A DNA stretch of 64,000 bases from an uncultured Actinomycetes bacterium (GTDB lineage Bacteria > Actinomycetota > Thermoleophilia > Gaiellales > JAICJC01). The stretch covers positions 525,634 to 589,633 of the forward strand of contig CAVXEE010000003.1 of NCBI GenBank assembly GCA_963760755.1. Direction: 5' to 3'. Positions 43,294-53,600 of the stretch are shown piece by piece. Numbering within the stretch: position 1 is the stretch's first letter; each line of letters starts with the position of its first letter. The notes beneath the pieces were generated by a model. It was not told where the DNA came from. It saw only the letters and a program-made list of their open reading frames with translations, and made no database searches. The position numbers and the translations under genes were made by a program.

Positions 43294-44382
43294 GTGATCA
43301 ACCTGCGCGCCTTCGCCGCCGCCCTCGACTGGAGCGACCCCGCCGCGCCGGCGTTGCTGACCGGCTTCGCGGCCCGGTTCGGGCCGGCCGACGACGCCAC
43401 GCTCGTCATCCACGGCGGCGCGGAGGCCGAGGTTGTCGCGGCCGCCGACGCGCTCGGCGAGGACAGTCCCGACATGGTGCTCGTGGCCGCCGAGGGCCTG
43501 ACCGCAACGGCGCCCCACCTGGCGGCCGTGCTCGGCAGCGGGCGGCCGCAGGGCGACCTGGCCGACCTGCCGTGGGTGGCGCCGGCCGAGCTGCGCAGCC
43601 TCTACGACCTGCGCATGACCGGCCCGTACCCGCGCCTGCACCGGTTCACGTGCAACCTGTGCGGCTCGGAGGGGGTCGCCGAGAATCGCGGCTGGCCGCG
43701 CGACACGGCCACCTGCACGGTGTGCGGATCGGCGGCCCGGTTCCGCTGCCTGGCGGACATCATCGCCCGCGAGCTGTTCGGAGCCGATGTCCCGATCTCA
43801 GCGCTCCCGCACCGGCCCGACCTGGTCGGCGCCGGGATGAGCGACCACCACGCGCTCGCCGCCGCGCTCGGCCGCCGGATGACCTACACGAACACCTTCT
43901 ACCACTGCGAGCCGCGCCTCGACGTGTCGGCCCCCGGCGAGCACGCCGGCCGCTACGACCTGGTCGTCTGCAGCGAGGTGCTCGAGCACGTGCCGCCGCC
44001 GGTCGATCCGGCGTTCACGGGCCTCTTCGAGCTCCTGCGCCCCGGCGGCCTGCTCGTGTTCAGCGTCCCCTACGCCGCCGACGGCGAGACGCGCGAGTTC
44101 TTCCCCGACCTGCACCGGTACGAGGTCGTCGCCGTCGACGGCGGTCACGTGCTGCGCAACACCACGAGCGACGGGCGGGTGCAGGAGTTCTCCGACCTGG
44201 TGTTCCACGGCGGCCCGGGCGAGACGCTCGAGCTGCGCGCGTTCGCCCTCCCCGACCTGCTCGCGCGGTTCGCCGCCGCGGGCTTCACCGACGTCCAGGT
44301 GCGGCGCGAACCGAACTTCGCGCACGGCGTGTGGTGGCCGGGGTGGGACGGCTGGCCGATCACGGCCCGCCGTCCCGCCTGA
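43294..44382 (+). CDS. class I SAM-dependent methyltransferase with an N-terminal extension and a zinc ribbon
   Basis: 362 aa with a GTG start. CNLCG-x17-CTVCG, then DLVVCSEVLEHV and GGLLVFSVP (Methyltransf_23-like). Confidence 0.65.
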   Translation: MINLRAFAAALDWSDPAAPALLTGFAARFGPADDATLVIHGGAEAEVVAAADALGEDSPDMVLVAAEGLTATAPHLAAVLGSGRPQGDLADLPWVAPAELRSLYDLRMTGPYPRLHRFTCNLCGSEGVAENRGWPRDTATCTVCGSAARFRCLADIIARELFGADVPISALPHRPDLVGAGMSDHHALAAALGRRMTYTNTFYHCEPRLDVSAPGEHAGRYDLVVCSEVLEHVPPPVDPAFTGLFELLRPGGLLVFSVPYAADGETREFFPDLHRYEVVAVDGGHVLRNTTSDGRVQEFSDLVFHGGPGETLELRAFALPDLLARFAAAGFTDVQVRREPNFAHGVWWPGWDGWPITARRPA

Positions 44383-44389
44383 CCTCTCG

Positions 44390-44902
44390 CTAGCTCGTGG
44401 TCGCCGCCGAGGCGATCTCGGTCTCGGGCGCAGGAGCGGTGTCGCCGGCGAACAGGTCGTCGACGTTCGAGTCGAGGTCCTCGACCACGATCTGCTTCGC
44501 CCCGAGCACGGTGAGCAGCTGCTTGGCGGTGTCGACGGCGTCGGCCGAGATCTCGAGCACGGTGGCCGAGCTGCCCGGCGTCATCGACTTGCCGAGCGCC
44601 TCGAGCTGGTCGTTCTTGAACCCGGAGTCGCGCAGCTTCGACGCGAGCGCCCCGATGCTGCCGCCGGCGAGGATGCCGATCGGGCCGCCGAGGATGCCGA
44701 TCACGCCGCCGACGAGCGCGCCGCGGCCGGCGCCCCAGTCCTTCGACTCGACGAACTTGACGTGGCCGTCCTCGCGGACGACCAGGACGGCGGTGTTTCC
44801 GACCCGGTCGGGGAAGGCGCCGCCGACGGAGCCGGCGCCCCGTGAGCCCGCCTCGACGGTCGAGAAGCTTGCGGCCAGGATCTTGCGGTTGGAGTCAGCC
44901 AT
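44390..44902 (-). CDS. DUF1269-like membrane protein
   Basis: ATG 44902 is preceded by GGAGG. Glycine-zipper segment GALVGGVIGILGGPIGILAGGSIGALAS. Confidence 0.6.
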   Translation of the reverse strand: MADSNRKILAASFSTVEAGSRGAGSVGGAFPDRVGNTAVLVVREDGHVKFVESKDWGAGRGALVGGVIGILGGPIGILAGGSIGALASKLRDSGFKNDQLEALGKSMTPGSSATVLEISADAVDTAKQLLTVLGAKQIVVEDLDSNVDDLFAGDTAPAPETEIASAATTS

Positions 44903-44984
44903 GGTCGGCCTCCGGTTTCGATTGGGAAGCCACACCTTAGCCCCCGCTCGTTGAATCCGGCATTAGGATCGGGACCGTCCGCGC

Positions 44985-45974
44985 GTGAAGATCGACGCCT
45001 TCGCACACATCTCTCCCATCCGCCACCTGGAGCGGGTCGAGCGCATCCTGGCGAGCCCCGGTGTGAGCGCCGCCGTGCGCGAGCACGGCCCGTGGCTGCG
45101 CGCCGACCCGGTGCTCTTCGACCTGGACGCTCGGTGGCGTGCGCTCGAGCCGTTCGACGACTACCGCCAGGTGCTCGTGCTCGCCGCGCCGCCGCTCGAG
45201 GAGCTCGGCCCTCCCGCCGCCACGGGCGACCTCGCGCGGGCGGTGAACGACGACATGGCGGCGCTCGTCGCCGCTCACGACCGCTTCGTGGGCTTCGCCG
45301 CCGGCCTGCCGCTGAACGACGTCGACGCGAGCCTCGCCGAGCTCGATCGCGCCGTCTCCGAGTTGGGCGCGCTCGGCTTCCAGGTCTCGTCCAATATCAA
45401 CGGCCGGCCGCTCGACGACGCCCGCTACGCGCCGCTCTTCGCCCGCGCGGAGCAGCTCGGTGCGGCGATCTGGCTGCACCCGACCCGCAGCCCGGCGTGG
45501 CCCGACTACCCCTCCGAACACGAGTCGCAGCACGGCATCTGGTGGTCGATCGGCTGGCCGTACGAGACGGCCGCGGCGATGTGCCGCCTGGTCTACTCCG
45601 GCGTGCTCGAGGCCCATCCCGGGCTGCGCATCGTCACCCACCACGCCGGTGCGATGATCCCGTACTTCTCGGGCCGCTTCCGCGAGATCCAGACCGAGGA
45701 TCAGCGGCCCGCGCTCGCACGGCTGCCGCACGAGCCGCTCGACTACTTCCACCGCTTCTACGCCGACACGGCCCTCTTCGGCGCGCCGCACGCCCTGCGC
45801 TGCGCGATCGACTTCTTCGGCGCCGGCCACGTCCTCTTCGGCACCGACATGCCGCTCGGCGGGCCGGGGGTCGTCGGCGAGACGATCGCCGACATCGAGT
45901 CGCTCGGCCTCGCCGCGGCCGACCGCGAGCGCATCTACGCGGGCAACGCGCGCGAGGTGCTCGGCGTCGGCTGA
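44985..45974 (+). CDS. amidohydrolase-2 family protein (ACMSD-like decarboxylase/hydrolase)
   Basis: 329 aa with a GTG start. IDAFAHI, WLHP, VTHHAGAMIP and LFGTDMP. Confidence 0.75.
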   Translation: MKIDAFAHISPIRHLERVERILASPGVSAAVREHGPWLRADPVLFDLDARWRALEPFDDYRQVLVLAAPPLEELGPPAATGDLARAVNDDMAALVAAHDRFVGFAAGLPLNDVDASLAELDRAVSELGALGFQVSSNINGRPLDDARYAPLFARAEQLGAAIWLHPTRSPAWPDYPSEHESQHGIWWSIGWPYETAAAMCRLVYSGVLEAHPGLRIVTHHAGAMIPYFSGRFREIQTEDQRPALARLPHEPLDYFHRFYADTALFGAPHALRCAIDFFGAGHVLFGTDMPLGGPGVVGETIADIESLGLAAADRERIYAGNAREVLGVG

Positions 45975-45994
45975 GGCGTGGCAGCGCAGCCGCT

Positions 45995-46028
45995 GGGGAC
46001 AGTCCCCGCCGAAGCGGGGACTGTCCCC
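45995..46028. repeat. paired-palindrome element C: GGGGACAGTCCCCgc-cgaa-gcGGGGACTGTCCCC
   Basis: 15-bp inverted arms with a 4-nt loop, between the convergent amidohydrolase (stop 45974) and VOC gene (stop 46037). Differs from element B at one loop position. Confidence 0.8.
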
Positions 46029-46036
46029 GGTTGTCG

Positions 46037-46453
46037 CTAGCCCATCTGCGCCATGCGCATCTGGTTGCCGGACGGGTCGCGGAAGCCGGCGTCGATGCCG
46101 TACGGCTGCTGCGTCGGCTCCTGGCTGAACTCGACGCCGCGCGCGCGCAGCTCCTCGAAGCTCTTCTGGCAGTCGTCGACGCTGAAGAAGAGCCCGCCCG
46201 CGGCCCCCTTGGCGAGCAGCGCGTGCAGCTGGTCGCGCGTCTCCTCGTCGAACACCGGCGGGCCCGGCACCGGCAGCAGCGCGAGCGCGACGTCGTCCTG
46301 GCCGGGCAGGCCGACGGCGAGCCAGCGGAAGCCGCCCATCTCGGGCACGGTCACGTCGGCGCGCACCTCCATCCCCAGCTTCTCGGTGTAGAAGGCGAGC
46401 GCCTCGTCCTGGTCGTGCACCCACACGTTCACGTTGGTCAGCTTGCTCAGCAC
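46037..46453 (-). CDS. VOC (glyoxalase/bleomycin-resistance) family protein
   Basis: GTG 46453 is preceded by GAGGAGGGA. 138 aa, VNVWVHDQDEALAFYTEKLG ... FRDPSGN. Confidence 0.75.
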   Translation of the reverse strand: MLSKLTNVNVWVHDQDEALAFYTEKLGMEVRADVTVPEMGGFRWLAVGLPGQDDVALALLPVPGPPVFDEETRDQLHALLAKGAAGGLFFSVDDCQKSFEELRARGVEFSQEPTQQPYGIDAGFRDPSGNQMRMAQMG

Positions 46454-46491
46454 GTGTCCCTCCTCGGGGTCGGTCCGTTTCGAGAGGGACG

Positions 46492-46926
46492 CTAACCAGC
46501 CGCCGCGGCCCTGTCTTCTCGAAAGCTGCTCGACCGCGGCCGCCCCCATGCGAGCAGCAGGCAGCCCGGGATCGGCACCTGCCAGGCGCCCGGCGGATGC
46601 ATGGCCCGGTAGGCGGTCGGCGTGACGCCGTACGCGCGGCCGAAGCTCGTCGTGAACGAGCCGACGCTGCGCAGGCCGACGGTCATGCAGATGTCGGCCA
46701 CCGAGTGGTCGGTGTTGCGCAGGAGCGCCGCGGCCCGCTCGAGCCGGCGCGTGAGCAGGTACTGGTGCGGCGTCTCGCCGAACGCGCGCTTGAACTCGCG
46801 GCTGAAGTGCGCCGGCGAGCAGTGCGACGTCCGCGCGAGCGCCTCGACGTCGAGGCGCTCGCGATAGCGGGCGTCGATCAGATCCTTCGCCCGCAGGAAG
46901 TGTCTGGCGGGTGGGACGGCGCTCAT
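46492..46926 (-). CDS. AraC family transcriptional regulator (HTH domain only)
   Basis: 144 aa. LDVEALARTSHCSPAHFSREFKRAFGETPHQYL ... VADICMTVGLRSVGSFTTSFGRAYGVTP. Confidence 0.8.
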   Translation of the reverse strand: MSAVPPARHFLRAKDLIDARYRERLDVEALARTSHCSPAHFSREFKRAFGETPHQYLLTRRLERAAALLRNTDHSVADICMTVGLRSVGSFTTSFGRAYGVTPTAYRAMHPPGAWQVPIPGCLLLAWGRPRSSSFREDRAAAAG

Positions 46927-47516
46927 GCGGCGGTGGGGGCGTCTCCTTCGCGGACCGTGTGCAGGGTCATGATCGCAACCGCGCCGGTCTGGCGGGCCTC
47001 GGCCACCGAGTAGGCGGCGGGCCGGGCGCCGTCGCGGAAGAGCCGCTTGCCGCTGCCGAGCACGGTCGGGTACACCATCAGCCGGTACTCGTCGATCAGG
47101 TCGGCGTCCTGCAGGGCGTGCACGAGGCTCGTGCTGCCCGCGACCAGCAGGTCGCCGGCGATCGACGCGCGCAGCTTGCCGACCTCGGTGGCGACATCAC
47201 CGCGCACGATCGTCGAGTTCTCCCACTCGGCCTTCTCGAGCGTGGAGGAGACGACGTACTTCGGCATGCCGTTCATCTTCGCGGCGAAGCCGACCTCGTC
47301 GGTCATCGACGGCCAGGCCTTGGCGAACCCTTCGTAAGTGACGCGGCCGAGCAGCATGACCTCGGCGCTCATGAGCTCGTCGAGCTTGTAGCGGTCACCG
47401 TCGGCTCCGCGCTCGAACTTGAACGCCCAGCCTCCGTACGACGTGCCCTCGGCGCCGCCAGGGTCCTCCATGACGCCGTCGAGCGAGACGAACTCCGATA
47501 CGACGATCCTTCCCAT
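46923..47516 (-). CDS. dihydrofolate reductase-like / RibD C-terminal domain protein
   Basis: ATG 47516 is preceded by GAGGAGGG. IVVSEFVSLDGV, LLGRVTYEGF and DEYRLMVYPTVLGSGKRLF. The stop overlaps the AraC start (ATGA). Confidence 0.75.
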   Translation of the reverse strand: MGRIVVSEFVSLDGVMEDPGGAEGTSYGGWAFKFERGADGDRYKLDELMSAEVMLLGRVTYEGFAKAWPSMTDEVGFAAKMNGMPKYVVSSTLEKAEWENSTIVRGDVATEVGKLRASIAGDLLVAGSTSLVHALQDADLIDEYRLMVYPTVLGSGKRLFRDGARPAAYSVAEARQTGAVAIMTLHTVREGDAPTAA

Positions 47517-47614
47517 GAGCCCTCCTCGAAATTGTCTGCGTGCCGGGAAGAGACTCACTCACCCGGGGGAACTCATCGTCGCCGATCTCGCGCGATGCCG
47601 TAGGCTTCACCGTT

Positions 47615-47631
47615 GATGAATTTGCGATGAA
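47615..47631 (+). promoter_or_regulatory. direct repeat GATGAA-tttgc-GATGAA (11-bp period), candidate response-regulator box
   Basis: Lies 25-40 nt upstream of the RR GTG (47656). OmpR-family regulators typically bind direct repeats at 10-11 bp spacing. Confidence 0.35.
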
Positions 47632-47655
47632 CGCCGACGGAGAGGAGGGAGGGCC

Positions 47656-48336
47656 GTGCGCGTGCTGGTGGTCGAGGACGAGCCCCACATGGCAGACCTG
47701 ATCCGGCTCGGCCTCTCCAAAGAGGGCCTGGCGGTCGACGTCGCCGGCGACGGCGAGCAGGGCATGACGATGGCCGCCGCGACCGGCTACGACGCGGTCG
47801 TCCTCGACATCATGCTCCCCGGGATCAGCGGGTTCGAGGTCTGCCGACGCATCCGTGCGGCCGGGGTGTGGACGCCGGTGCTGATGCTGACGGCGCGCGA
47901 CTCCGTGTCCGACCGCGTCACCGGCCTCGATGCCGGCGCCGACGACTACCTGGTGAAGCCGTTCGCCTGGCCGGAGCTGCTCGCTCGGCTGCGCGCGCTG
48001 ATCCGCCGGGGGGAGCCCGAGCGGCCCACCGTGCTCGCCGTCGGCGACCTGCGCCTCGACCCGGCCACCCGCACGGTCCACCGCGGCGACGTCGAGATCC
48101 ACCTGTCGGCCAAGGAGTTCGCGCTGCTCGAGGCGTTCATGCGCCGCCCGGGGGACGTGCTGCCACGGGCGCACCTCCTCGAGCACGCGTGGGACGTGAG
48201 CTACCGCAACCGCTCGAACGTCGTCGACGTCTACATCGGCCACCTGCGCGCGAAGATCGACACCCCGTTCGGGCTGCGGACGCTCGAAACCGTGCGCGGC
48301 GCCGGCTACCGGCTGCGGGCCGAGCGCGACCCGTGA
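47656..48336 (+). CDS. OmpR/PhoB-family response regulator (CusR/CopR-like)
   Basis: 226 aa with a GTG start. Receiver domain VLVVEDE ... DAVVLDIMLPG ... DDYLVKPF and winged helix LSAKEFALLE ... VRGAGYRL. Confidence 0.9.
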   Translation: MRVLVVEDEPHMADLIRLGLSKEGLAVDVAGDGEQGMTMAAATGYDAVVLDIMLPGISGFEVCRRIRAAGVWTPVLMLTARDSVSDRVTGLDAGADDYLVKPFAWPELLARLRALIRRGEPERPTVLAVGDLRLDPATRTVHRGDVEIHLSAKEFALLEAFMRRPGDVLPRAHLLEHAWDVSYRNRSNVVDVYIGHLRAKIDTPFGLRTLETVRGAGYRLRAERDP

Positions 48337-49718
48337 TGAGCCTGCCGATCCGCGTGCGCGTCGCGGCCGCGTTTGCCGCGGCGATGACGCTCGTGCTGCT
48401 CGGCACCGGCTGGTTCCTGTACGTGCGCATCGGCGCCGAGCTCGAGACGGCCCTCGACCGCGAGCTCGAGCTGCGGGCGTTCGATCTCACCGCCGTCGTC
48501 CGCGACCCCGACGCCTCGCTCGCAGCGGCCGGAGGGCGCCGGTTCGTCGAGAAGGGCGAAGCCTACGCGCAGCTGCTGGACGCGCGCGGGCACGTGGTCG
48601 ACGCGACGGCACCGCTCACGACGGCCGTGGTGCTCCCGCCGGCCGACCTGCGTGCCGCCCGTCGCGGCACCGTGTTCGCGAACGTCCCCGCGCTGCCGGG
48701 CCTGAACGAGCCGTCCCGGCTGCTGGCGACGCCGGTCGTCCGCGGCGGCCGCCGGCTCGTGCTCGTGGTCGGCGCCACGCGCGAGAACCGCGCCGAGACG
48801 CTCGCCCGCCTCCGCGACGAGCTCCTGATCGCCGGGCCGGTCGCGCTCGTCCTCGCCACCCTGTCGGGGTACCTGCTCGCCGGCCTCTCGCTGCGCCAGG
48901 TGGACTCGATGCGGCTGCGGGCCGCGTCGATCTCGGCGGCGACGCCGGGCGAGCGCCTGCCGGTGCCGCACACGCGTGACGAGATCGAGCGCCTCGGCGA
49001 GACCCTGAACGCCATGCTTCAGCGGCTCGAGGCGGGGCTCGAGCGTGAGCGCGGGTTCGTGGCCGACGCCGGCCACGAGCTGCGCACGCCGCTCGCGCTC
49101 CTGCGCACCGAGCTCGAGCTGGCGCTGCGCCACGCCGAGTCGGCCGACGAGCTGCGCGAGGCCGTGCGGCGCAGCTCGATCGAGGTCGACCGGCTCGCCC
49201 AGCTGGCCGAGGACCTGCTGCTGATGGCGCAGTCGCATGCCGGCCGGCTCGCGCTGCGGGTCGAGCCGCTCGACGCCGCCGACGTGGTCGTGTCCACGGC
49301 CAGCCGATTCGAGTGGCGGGCGCAGGAGACGGGCCGGGCGATCACGCTCGCGTCGAGCCCGGCGGTCTCGCTGCAGGGCGACCGGGTGCGGCTCGAGCAG
49401 GCGCTCGGGAACCTGATCGACAACGCCCTGCGCCACGGCGAGGGCGACGTGGGCCTCGCGGTCGTCGAGTCGGGCAGGGCGGTCGAGTTGCACGTCGCCG
49501 ACTCAGGCCCAGGCCTGCCGCCTGACTTCCTCGATCGCGCGTTCGAGCGGTTCTCACGCCCCGACGCGGCCCGCGGGCCGGGCGGCGGCGCCGGCCTCGG
49601 GCTCTCGATCGTGCGCATGATTGCCGAGGCCCACGGCGGCAGCGCGCACGCACGCAACCGTCCCGAGGGCGGGGCGGACGTGTGGGTGGCGCTGCCGCGG
49701 GACGGCCCGGCCGTTTGA
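48336..49718 (+). CDS. sensor histidine kinase (two TM segments, HAMP, HisKA, HATPase_c)
   Basis: ATG 48336 overlaps the RR stop (TGATG). H-box ADAGHELRTPL, N-box LIDNALRH, DSGPGL and GGAGLGLSIV. Confidence 0.9.
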   Translation: MSLPIRVRVAAAFAAAMTLVLLGTGWFLYVRIGAELETALDRELELRAFDLTAVVRDPDASLAAAGGRRFVEKGEAYAQLLDARGHVVDATAPLTTAVVLPPADLRAARRGTVFANVPALPGLNEPSRLLATPVVRGGRRLVLVVGATRENRAETLARLRDELLIAGPVALVLATLSGYLLAGLSLRQVDSMRLRAASISAATPGERLPVPHTRDEIERLGETLNAMLQRLEAGLERERGFVADAGHELRTPLALLRTELELALRHAESADELREAVRRSSIEVDRLAQLAEDLLLMAQSHAGRLALRVEPLDAADVVVSTASRFEWRAQETGRAITLASSPAVSLQGDRVRLEQALGNLIDNALRHGEGDVGLAVVESGRAVELHVADSGPGLPPDFLDRAFERFSRPDAARGPGGGAGLGLSIVRMIAEAHGGSAHARNRPEGGADVWVALPRDGPAV

Positions 49719-49766
49719 CGCGCAGGCGCCGGCCGAATATCGTTCGGCCAAGGAAGATGAAGATTC

Positions 49767-50495
49767 ATGAATGCAGCTACCCTCCAGCTGCTGCACTGCT
49801 TCCACCTCGCCGTCGCCGGCCGCACCGTCGCGCTGCCGATGAGCGCGCAGCGGGTGCTCGCCTTCCTCGCTCTGCATCCGCACGCGCTTCGGCGCGTGCA
49901 CGTGGCCGGGTCGCTGTGGCTCGACAGCCCCGAGGAGCGCGCGTCCGCGAGCCTGCGCTCTGCGCTCTGGCGGCTGCAGCAGGCGGGCGGCGACGTCGTC
50001 GAGGCAAACGGCGCCCTGCTCGGCCTGGCGCCGTGGGTGCGGGTGGACTTCCGCGAGGCCGCCTGCCTCTCGCGCGCGCTGCTCGACGCGGGCGGCGCCG
50101 ATCCGCGGCCGCAGGTGGAGTGGGGCGTGCTCTCGGGCGAGCTCCTGCCCGACTGGGACGACGAGTGGGTGATCGTCGAGCGCGAGCACCACCGCGGCCT
50201 CTCGCTGCAGGCGATGGAGCGGCTGTCGGAGCGCCTGCTCGGCGCCGGCGCGCTCGCCCAGGCGCTCGAGGTGGCGCTGGCCGTGTACGTGCGCGAGCCG
50301 CTGCGCGAGACGGCGCACCGGCTGATGATCCGCGTGCACCTGGCCGAGGGCAACGCCTACGAGGCGATCCGCCAGTACCGCCTGTACGAGCGGCTCGCGC
50401 TCACCCAGCTCGGCCTGCCGCCCTCGGCGCAGATGGCCGCGCTCGTGCGCGACCTCCTGCCCGGCGACGTGCTCGTGCCGGGCGCCGCCGCCTGA
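49767..50495 (+). CDS. SARP/AfsR-type transcriptional regulator (winged helix + BTAD)
   Basis: 242 aa. RVLAFLALHP, SLRSALWRLQ, and the BTAD region ETAHRLMIRVHLAEGNAYEAIRQYRLYERLALTQLGLPPS. Confidence 0.75.
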   Translation: MNAATLQLLHCFHLAVAGRTVALPMSAQRVLAFLALHPHALRRVHVAGSLWLDSPEERASASLRSALWRLQQAGGDVVEANGALLGLAPWVRVDFREAACLSRALLDAGGADPRPQVEWGVLSGELLPDWDDEWVIVEREHHRGLSLQAMERLSERLLGAGALAQALEVALAVYVREPLRETAHRLMIRVHLAEGNAYEAIRQYRLYERLALTQLGLPPSAQMAALVRDLLPGDVLVPGAAA

Positions 50496-50510
50496 TCAGC
50501 GTCGTGGTAT

Positions 50511-50537
50511 GGGACTGTCCCCTGGGGGACAGTCCCC
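50511..50537. repeat. paired-palindrome element D (compressed): tGGGACTGTCCCC-tg-GGGGACAGTCCCC
   Basis: Lies between the SARP stop (50495) and the RND start (50584/50611). There are only 2 nt between the two 13-mers, and the left copy matches 12 of 13. Confidence 0.75.
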
Positions 50538-50610
50538 GGTTCTCGGCCGCCCAACACCCCGGTGACGGCACCGTGACGGCGCGGTGACGGCGGCCTGGTA
50601 CGACCTGCGC

Positions 50611-53600
50611 ATGTTGCGCTGGGTGGTGGATGCGAGCATGCGGTTCCGGCTGCTCGTGGTCGCGGTCGCGGCCGGCGTGCTGGTGGCCGGCGTGCAGCAG
50701 TCGCGGACGATGGCGGTCGACGCGCTGCCCGAGTTCGCACCGCCGTCGATCGAGGTGCAGACCGAGGCCCTGGGCCTCTCGGCGCCCGAGGTCGAGAGCC
50801 TGGTGACCCTGAACCTCGAGGAGCTCCTGAACGGCACCCCGTGGCTGCGGTCGATCCACTCCACCTCGGTGCCGGGGCTCTCGTCGATCGTGCTCACGTT
50901 CGAGCCGGGCACCGACGTGCTGCGCGCCCGCCAGCTCGTGCAGGAGCGGCTCACGCTCTCGTTCGCGATCCCCAACGTCGCCAAGCCGCCGATCATCATC
51001 CAGCCGCTCTCGACGACGAACCGGGTAATGATGGTGGGCCTCTCGTCGCGGACGGTCTCGCCGATCGAGATGGGCGTCCTCGCCCGCTGGAACATCCGCC
51101 CAGCGCTGCTGGCCGTCCCCGGCGTCGCCAACGTCGCTATCTGGGGCCAGCGCGAGCGCCAGCTGCAGGTGCAGGTGCAGCCGCAGAAGCTGCTCGCCGC
51201 GGACGTCACCCTCGACCAGATCGTGCGCACGACCGGCAACGCGATGTGGGTGTCGCCGCTGACGTTCCTGCAGGCCTCGACGCCGGGCAGCGGCGGCTGG
51301 ATCGACACGCCCCAGCAGCGGCTCGAGGTGCGGCACATCTTCCCGATCTCGACAGCCGCCGACCTGGCGAAGGTCGGCGTCGACGGGGCGGCGCCGCTGC
51401 GCCTGAGCGACGTCGCAAACGTCGTCGCCGACCACCAGCCCCTGATCGGCGACGCGCTGCTCGGAGGCGACGAGGACAGCATGCTCGTGATCGAGAAGTT
51501 CCCGAACGCGAACACGCTCGAGGTCACGCGCGGCGTCGACGAAGCGCTCGCTCAGCTGCAGCCGGGCCTCGCGGGCATCCAGATCGACACGTCGGTGTCG
51601 CGCCCCGCGACCTACATCGACGACTCGATCTCGAACCTCGAGATCGCCCTGCTGATCGGCGCCGTGCTCCTGATCGCGTGCCTCGCGGCGCTCGTGCGCG
51701 GCTGGCGCAGCGCGCTCATCGCCGTCGTCGCGATCCCGCTCTCACTCGCGGCGGCGCTGCTCGTGCTCGACCTGGCCGGGCACGGCGCGAACCTCATGAT
51801 CTTCGCGGGCCTGCTGGTCGCGCTCGCCGTGCTCGTCGACGACGCGGTCACCTGCTCGACGGCGGCGGCCGGTGGACGCGAGCGCCTGCTGGCGGCGCGC
51901 CGCAGCGTCGTCTACGTGACCCTCGTCGCGCTCGCGCCGCTCCTGCCGTACCTGTTCGCCGAGGACGTCGCCCAGGCGGTCGCCGAGCCGCTCGTGCTCG
52001 CCTACCTGCTGGCCATCATCGCATCGGTGGTCGTCTCGGTCACCGTCACGCCGGCGCTCGCCCTGCTCCTGCGCCCGCGCACCCCGGGCGCGGAGGCGGG
52101 CGGCTCGCCGCTCCTGCGCCGGCTCGAGGCGCGCTACACCCCGCTCGTCCAGCGGGTCGTGCGCGCGCCGCGGCCGGCGTTCGGGGCCTCGGCCGCCGTG
52201 CTCGTGCTGGCGCTCGTCCTGACTCCGGTGCTCCCGCAGTCGCTCTTGCCGTCGTTCCGCGACCGCGATCTCGTGGTGCGCTGGGAGGCGGCCCCGGGGA
52301 CGTCCGAGCCCGAGATGGCGCGGCTGACGGCGCGCGCAAGCGACGAGCTGCGGGCGATCCCGGGCGTGAGCCACGTCGGCGCGCATCTGGGCCGGGCCGT
52401 GCTCGGCGACCAGATCGTCGACGTCAACTCGGCCGAGCTGTGGGTGACCGTCTCGGGCTCGGCCGATTACGGCGCAACGGTCGCCGCCGTCAAGGACGCC
52501 GTTGCCGGGTACCCGGGCGTCACCCAGAGCGTCAGCACCTACCTCGACGACCGCGTGAAGCAGTTCGACACCGGCGCCACCCACGACATCACCGTGCGCG
52601 TGTTCGGGCCGGCCTTCGGGACGCTGCGCGCGACGGCGGCCCACGTGCGCGACATGCTCACCCACGTCGACGGCACGGCCGACGTGCGCATGGAGCAGCC
52701 GCCCGAGCAGCCGAACATCGAGGTCGAGGTCAACCTCGCCCGGGCCAAGCGCTATGGCCTGAAGCCCGGCGACGTGCGCCGCGCCGCGGCGACGATGCTC
52801 GCCGGGCTCGAGGTGGGGAGCCTGTTCGAGGAGCAGAAGGTGTTCCAGGTCGTCGTGTGGAGCACGCCGGATGCGCGCAGCAGCCTGACGGGGATCAAGA
52901 ACCTCCTGATCGATACGCCCACGGGCGGGCACGTGCGGCTCGAGGACGTCGCGGACGTGCGCATCAGCCCGACGCCGACGGTGATCGAGCGCGACGCCGT
53001 CTCGCGCCGCATCGACATCGGCGTGAACGCGCACGGGCGCGATCCGGGCGCCGTCGCGGCCGACATCGACCGCCGGCTGGCCGCGACCCCGATGCCGCTC
53101 GAGTACCACGCCGAGGTCGTCGGCTCCTACCGCACCGCCGAGACCCTGCACCGGCGCATGCTCGCGTCGGGCCTCGCGGCCGCGATCGCGATCTTCCTGC
53201 TGCTGCAGGCGGCGTTCGGGAGCTGGCGGCTCGCGGCCCTCCTCACCCTCACGCTGCCCGTGTCGCTCTCGGGCGGCGTGCTGGCCGCGGTCATCACGAG
53301 GGCGGACATGTCGCTGGGCGCGCTGGCCGGCTTCCTGGCGGTGCTCGCGATCGCGGCGCGCGGCGGCGTCACCGTCATCACGCGCGCCCAGGAGCTCGAG
53401 CGCGACGGCGGCGCGGCGCGGGCCGCGGCGGTCGTGCAGGCGGCCGGCGAACGGCTGGGGGCGACCGTCACGACGGCCCTCGCCACCGCCGTCGCGCTCG
53501 TGCCACTGATCGTCACCGGGACGGTCCCGGGCCAGGAGATCGCACAGCCGATCGCCGTCGTCGTCGCGGGCGGCCTGGTGACGGCGGCGCTCGTGACGGC

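Noticed and set aside
13474-50537. GGGGAC-N-GTCCCC repeats as a CRISPR array
   Set aside because: There are only two copies per locus, in inverted orientation with 2-7 nt between them. There are no spacers of CRISPR size and no cas operon. The Cas4-like domain at 62500 is part of a nuclease-exonuclease fusion.
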